Assembly: GCA_963737945.1 (NCBI GenBank)
Contig: CAVTUR010000030.1
Span: 22,193-86,192 of the forward strand
DNA from: Blastocatellia bacterium
GTDB lineage: Bacteria; Acidobacteriota; Blastocatellia; UBA7656
Length of the DNA: 64,000 nucleotides
Direction: 5' to 3'
Both the position numbers and the translations under genes were made by a program. Positions 61,201 through 64,000 of the stretch are shown one piece after another. The notes below the pieces were generated by a model, which was given only the letters and a program-made list of their open reading frames with translations, searched no databases and was not told where the DNA came from. Numbering within the stretch: the stretch's first letter is position 1; every line of letters starts with the position of its first letter.

Positions 61201-62928
61201 GCTGATAACCGTGTTCGGCGCGATCCCTGCCGCCGAGTCATCGAAGGTCAAGTCAAATATCGCCGCCGACCCGGCTCCGCCCATGTCCGACATGAAGACG
61301 AGAGATGCACCGGTCGGTCCTATGAGCACCGCATCGACATCCTTCTGGCCTGCGTGATGAAAAGAATTGAGCTTGACAGTGATCGCAGAGATGCTGCCGG
61401 TCAACGATGAGACGTTGATCACCGACGGATATGGAGAAGCCGCGGCCGGCGAAGCAGACGGCGCCGCAGGTATGGTGATGGCCGCGCTGTTTGTGAACGT
61501 CGATGCTGGAGCTTGCGTTCTGAAGGAACTGCCCGCTGGAAGCAGAATAGCTGGCGCGGCTTGTCCCTTTCTCAAGACCGCCAGCCCGGTTTGACCAAAC
61601 TGCGGCATCAAGATGGGCAGCGTAGCCAACGGTGATCCTTCCACGTCGAGCGTCGCGGCGAGTCGAAGTGCGATGGACGAGGAATCGCTCGCCACGGCGT
61701 TGGCGTTGTTGATAATGACGTGAATGCGGCTCTCATCCGGAATCACCACGAGCAAATCATCAGTTGGTTGATCAGAGAGCCGCGCCGTCGTAAGCAGCGA
61801 CTGTGAGGCCCCTCGCCGCACGGCCGCTCTCACAGAGGCCCGCGATGCGACCTGGATTGCGCCAGCTTCCTTCCATCCCGCCTGGTTCAAAACCATCTGT
61901 GCGTGCTCAACTGTCGAGCTGCTCATTCCACCTCGGGCAAGCAGATGAACTCGCCCGTCATCGCCCAATGCGGCGATCTGCGCACGATGATCCCCGTCGC
62001 CGACGAAGTCGCCCGAAGTGACGGCCCATACCCGAAAAGGAAGGTCGACTCTTTCAACCGCCTTCGCGATATCACGCCGGCCGAGCCCGCCGTGAATCAA
62101 CACGACAGTGCCGCCGCTGGCAACAGCCAAATCCGCGTATGCATCCCCATCCAACCGGCCGACCGCAAGCGAGGCGACTTCCGACGGAACCTCGTACTGT
62201 GTCGGCTCAGCTATAAACGGGGCCTCCGGGGCGTCGAAAACCAATACCCGAGCGCCGGCCGATGCGCTGATCGCCACCGCGACATCCGCGAGCCCATCCC
62301 GGTGGTTCAGATCGCCAATCGCCATCGCGGTTACTATTCCCGGGAGACCAATGGCGATCGGCGGACCAAGCCTCCCCGCGCCGTCGCCAGCCAGCAGATA
62401 CAGCTCGCCTCCACCCTTCGTGGCACAAATCACATCAAGGAACCCGTCTCGATTGAAATCTCCAACCCCCAGAAAATCAGGCGCGGTGGGTATCGCGAAA
62501 ACACTCGCCGAAGACTGAAACGGCAAGGCCCGTGTCTTTGAAGAGGCTTCCAAAGCTGATTCGTTGTGCGCACCCGCGACGGCGGCGCCCAGATGCATCA
62601 CGATCAATCCGCCTTCCGGACCAGAGTAGCCGCCAACAAGATCGATGACGTCGTCTCCGTTAAAATCGCCGGCAGCAATCGCGACCGGTTTTGCATCGCC
62701 GCTTTGCATGGTCTTCGAGGAAACACCTGTGAAGTCCGCGTGCAAATCCAGGCCGTCGGTCAGGTTGATGTGCGGGTTGCCGCGCCCGGCTGCATGAACG
62801 GCGACGGCCTTTCCATCTTTTGAGTCCACCGAGAACGATCTGACGGGCCCGATGAGGAGAGCGATAGCGATAAAGATCGCGCCGGCTATAAGCGCCGTAC
62901 GGACCTCGCGAGTGGAGATTGGATTCAC
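55228..62928 (-). CDS. giant secreted multidomain protein (FG-GAP repeats, 3 P-domain-like, 2 Big_3-like, 2 DUF11-like, 9 Ig/PKD-like, 2 HYR, Cys-rich C-terminal domain)
   Basis: Probable GTG start at 62928 (ORF open from 62964) with signal peptide. GDFNGDDVIDLV / GDFNRDGFLDVI / GDLNHRDGLADV / GRLDGDAYADLA; PYPS.I.VS.L...GPxG...W.L...DD three times; ADV.ITKS twice; PP.I.CP twice. Confidence 0.9.
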   Translation of the reverse strand: MNPISTREVRTALIAGAIFIAIALLIGPVRSFSVDSKDGKAVAVHAAGRGNPHINLTDGLDLHADFTGVSSKTMQSGDAKPVAIAAGDFNGDDVIDLVGGYSGPEGGLIVMHLGAAVAGAHNESALEASSKTRALPFQSSASVFAIPTAPDFLGVGDFNRDGFLDVICATKGGGELYLLAGDGAGRLGPPIAIGLPGIVTAMAIGDLNHRDGLADVAVAISASAGARVLVFDAPEAPFIAEPTQYEVPSEVASLAVGRLDGDAYADLAVASGGTVVLIHGGLGRRDIAKAVERVDLPFRVWAVTSGDFVGDGDHRAQIAALGDDGRVHLLARGGMSSSTVEHAQMVLNQAGWKEAGAIQVASRASVRAAVRRGASQSLLTTARLSDQPTDDLLVVIPDESRIHVIINNANAVASDSSSIALRLAATLDVEGSPLATLPILMPQFGQTGLAVLRKGQAAPAILLPAGSSFRTQAPASTFTNSAAITIPAAPSASPAAASPYPSVINVSSLTGSISAITVKLNSFHHAGQKDVDAVLIGPTGASLVFMSDMGGAGSAAIFDLTFDDSAAGIAPNTVISATATYKPTNYDNPVGVGDSFPGAPGSPYNNAAPTGSATLTSVFAGTNPNGNWSLYIFDDAGGDGGACDSGWTLNITTAVAASPTTTTVVSSLNPSMTTNAVTFTAHVVKTSDSSNVTVGTVSFSDTTLGTTLAANVALNGTGQAQYAAPANSLTERSHVITATYNPDPSFFGSSASVTQTVDFPTSNPSTGMYCNTNSMATPGPGGGTGVPYPSHISVSGLGGSISHLVVTLKNATHVNPGDLDILLVGPLGQNIILVSDAGENSTNTNVTVNLDDLAGSALGASMTPWGAPNSTVSSKPVNYGVGDTFPSPAPSVSNNPAPVGSATLGSVFNGANPNGTWSLYVFDDSGFDTNTFAGGWCLTFTTTGDAVSSTSLTSSVNPSFTTSPNDSTTFSATVTSGGNPVTVGTVSFVDASTGATICANVPLDGAGHASCITSFATEGDRIIMANYSGAPGQFNTSSSSLTQQINNHTTISGNQFCNPGVISIPDSSNVTGGGIARPYPSRIFVSGLSSICSLTVSLSNLSHADPDDIDILLVGPNGQNIILMSDVGGAADVSGLNLTFSDAASNSLPDGSPLVSGTFKPTNFEVIDSFPSPAPTPGSNTTLAAAFSGSDPNGVWSLYVVDDALGGTGQIADGWCLNFATVSCTIDGPDPVCEATANNTYTAPSGANLTYVWSITGNGSIVGSTTSQSVNVTAGLAGSYNLMLMVNDTSLSCSSTCSKTVTVNTCADVTITKSGPATASCGDTISYTLTASNLGPGAAANVVVTDDLPACLTVISCNSDMGGVCGGAGANRTVTFPSLASGISATITIMATANPGCAPSVSNTASISTTTTDSNPGNNTSNTVMTTVTCADVGVTKSAGSGSICSTANITYTINFTNAGPSAATGVVVSDVMPAGTSLVSAPAPANWTRTDGVVAGGNGALMFARTGSSPNADAATFTVIVSIDGAVSDGTILSNTASVTSTTPDQNSANNTSSPATMVTVKKPPTPATVGAPQTICALGTTATLGGNAPAIGTGTWTVQSGGTGTFIPSAGSAAATFTHTSGTGPIVLRWTISNPPCVDSFAEVSITITPTPPTPTITPGGPTTFCAGGSVTLTSSSASGNQWFLNGDPIGGSTSQAYVATASGDYTVQVTTSGCSGGVSAPTTVTVNPIPATPTVTPGGPTTFCTGGSVTLTSSNATGNQWYLNGNPIGGATNQTYVATASGAYTVTVTTTGCISAPSAPTVVTVNPIPATPTITPGGPTTFCAGGSVTLTSSGAVGNQWFLNGNPIGGAVNQTYVATASGDYSVTVTLSGCTGDPSAPVAVTVNPIPATPTITPGGPTTFCAGGSVTLTSSSASGNQWYLNSNPIGGATNQTYIATASGAYTVTVTTTGCTSAPSAPTVVTVNPIPATPTITPGSGTTFCAGDSVTLTSSSATGNQWLLNGNPIGGATAQQYVATASGDYTVTVTTNGCTGAPSAVTTVTVKQPPTTATAGGPQTICEGSATATLGGNSPSSGTGLWTIVTGGATGTFSPSANSPGATFTPTSGAGVIVVRWTISNPPCPDSFADVTITVKQQPIATAGGPQTICAGGTSSSLGGNTPTGGAIGTWSIVTAGAKGTFNPNANTPGATFTHSGGSGPITVRWTVVNPPCSSASADVILMITQPPTTATAGSNQIIPPNGTTAPLGGNSPAIGTGLWTIVTGGASGVFNPTASTPNATFTHTGGSGQIVLRWTISNPPCPSSQADVTIQIGIPPAINCPSSPVVANTAPDQCSTTVTFSVTATGLPTPTVTCTPPSGSVFPKGGTMVNCTATNGIAPDANCSFTVMVNDMQPPSITCPANITTKTAQAGNSCVAVNYPAPAAADNCPGVSVVCTPPSGSCFPLGVNTVTCTATDVSGNTAMCTFRVNVFDLCVQDDSDPSTVVLINSVTGDYRFCCHGVTYTGKGTMTIRGSLYTLEHNPGDRRVLVKDDEATHKGSGSMSAPPGTVRCTLTDRNTRDNSCICQ
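56780..57975 (-). repeat. five tandem 237-bp (79-aa) Ig-like repeats within the giant protein
   Basis: Equivalent positions at 57011, 57248, 57485, 57722 and 57959. Unit: PATPTITPGGPTTFCAGGSVTLTSS..GNQW.LNG.PIGG....Y.ATASG.YTV...GC. Confidence 0.93.
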
Positions 62929-63051
62929 GAAGTTCTTTCCTTCCTCTTTGTTGGGACGAATCACAAAGCGCTTTGGGGGTTAAGTTGGACGCTCAAAATG
63001 ATTAATTGAAGGCACTGCGTGCTGCTTTCCAACGCATCTTTGAGCGTCGGG

Positions 63052-63080
63052 ATTCTATCGGCGGGCTGCTCTCTCGTCAA
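63052..63080 (-). promoter_or_regulatory. sigma70-type promoter for the giant surface protein
   Basis: Minus strand: TTGACG (63080-63075), 17 bp, TAGAAT (63057-63052). Confidence 0.7.
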
Positions 63081-63149
63081 GCTTGCCTATTTTTTGATCG
63101 GTCCTGCCCGTTGACTTGCTTTTTTGCTTCCTGTCTAATCGATTCGCCA

Positions 63150-64000
63150 ATGGCCAAGTCCATCTACACTGCCGAGTGGGTGTTGCCGATCAGCGCTCCA
63201 CCCGTCCCCGATGGCGCCGTTGTGGTCGAGCGCGATCGAATCATCTTTGCAGGCGCTCGAAGTGAAGCCGAGTCGCGCGCGGAGTTCAGAGATGCCAATT
63301 GGCTGACCTTCGGACATGCTGCGATCCTGCCCGGCTTTGTGAATGCTCACACCCATCTCGAACTAACGTTGATGCGCGGCTTTCTCGAAGACCTGACGTT
63401 TCGCGATTGGATCGTGAAGCTGACTCGCACTAAGTATGACCGGATTTCAAGCGACGACTTGAACGCGTCCGCATTGTTAGGAGCGGCTGAGGCGATTCGT
63501 GCCGGAGTGACAACCATTGCAGATACCGGCGACTCGGCCTCTGCTTTTGACGCGCTGCTCGAAAGCGGGCTGCGCGGCGTCGCTTATCGAGAGGTGTTTG
63601 GTCCGAATCCTGACGACGCGCAGCACAGCGTTGACGGACTCCGCGAAAAGATCGGGGTAATGCGCGCGCGCGAAACAGATCTCGTGCAGGTGGGCGTCTC
63701 TCCGCACGCTCCTTACACCGTGTCCCCTGACCTGTTTCGACTCATTGCTGAATATGCTCATGCGGACTCCCTCGATATCTGCATTCACACAGCCGAGTCC
63801 GAAGCCGAACAGCAGATGATGATCTCGGGCGATGGCGAGTTCGCACACGGATTGCGAGATCGAGGCATCAGTTGGAACGCGCCCGGAGTGTCGACGATCA
63901 AGTACTTCGAGTCGCTCGGCGTGTTGGAAGCGAGCCCGCTGCTTGTACACTGCGTAAAGGCAGATGACGAGGACATTGCGCTAATGTTCGCCCGCCAAGC
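63150..64000 (+). CDS. amidohydrolase-family metallo-deaminase (MtaD/MqnF-like), runs off the window; absent from the ORF track
   Basis: ATG at 63150: [26 protein letters not shown]...[14 protein letters not shown]...[12 protein letters not shown]...[10 protein letters not shown]...IHTAES. No stop codon before 64000. Confidence 0.92.
   Translation, partial: MAKSIYTAEWVLPISAPPVPDGAVVVERDRIIFAGARSEAESRAEFRDANWLTFGHAAILPGFVNAHTHLELTLMRGFLEDLTFRDWIVKLTRTKYDRISSDDLNASALLGAAEAIRAGVTTIADTGDSASAFDALLESGLRGVAYREVFGPNPDDAQHSVDGLREKIGVMRARETDLVQVGVSPHAPYTVSPDLFRLIAEYAHADSLDICIHTAESEAEQQMMISGDGEFAHGLRDRGISWNAPGVSTIKYFESLGVLEASPLLVHCVKADDEDIALMFARQ

Noticed and set aside
497-63976. Numerous antisense or overlapping ORFs in the track (for example 38069-39097, 42834-43730, 49581-50459, 63477-63950)
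   Set aside because: They are shadows of well-supported genes on the opposite strand or frame in GC-rich DNA, with no motifs or RBS support.

Overview
GC-rich window, most likely from an Acidobacteriota (probably Blastocatellia) genome. The taxonomy is an inference from the expansion of duplicated MacB-type 'ADOP' permeases, acidobacterial-type PadR genes and a giant HYR/FG-GAP surface protein. (1) 1-34.8 kb, + strand: two single-lobe MacB permeases and ten ADOP permease ORFs. Two ADOPs are PadR-coupled, and seven form a tandem array at 10652-29322. The array includes a 1122-aa one-and-a-half-unit chimera and is preceded by a 223-bp head-to-tail deletion remnant. No ABC ATPase gene is in the window. 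(2) 35-41.6 kb: DUF433/DUF5615 toxin-antitoxin pair, TPR, HAD, half-size GDT1/UPF0016, AtuA pair, CDGSH, APC permease and DUF5990. (3) 41.6-55 kb, - strand: a copper/silver resistance gene run with unusual domain fusions, namely CopA with 7 CPMH metal-binding repeats, a cytochrome c-His/Met linker-probable outer-membrane protein, a CusB-cupredoxin fusion, CusC-like TolC and CusA. (4) 55.2-63 kb: a ~2570-aa secreted multi-domain protein, then a partial amidohydrolase that the ORF track missed. Many gene junctions carry hairpin-forming inverted arrays of 7-8-nt tandem repeats or REP-like palindromes from at least five sequence families. Together with the remnant and the chimera, this suggests an actively rearranging, possibly cassette-like permease array. 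No rRNA, tRNA, CRISPR array, integrase or transposase was recognised.
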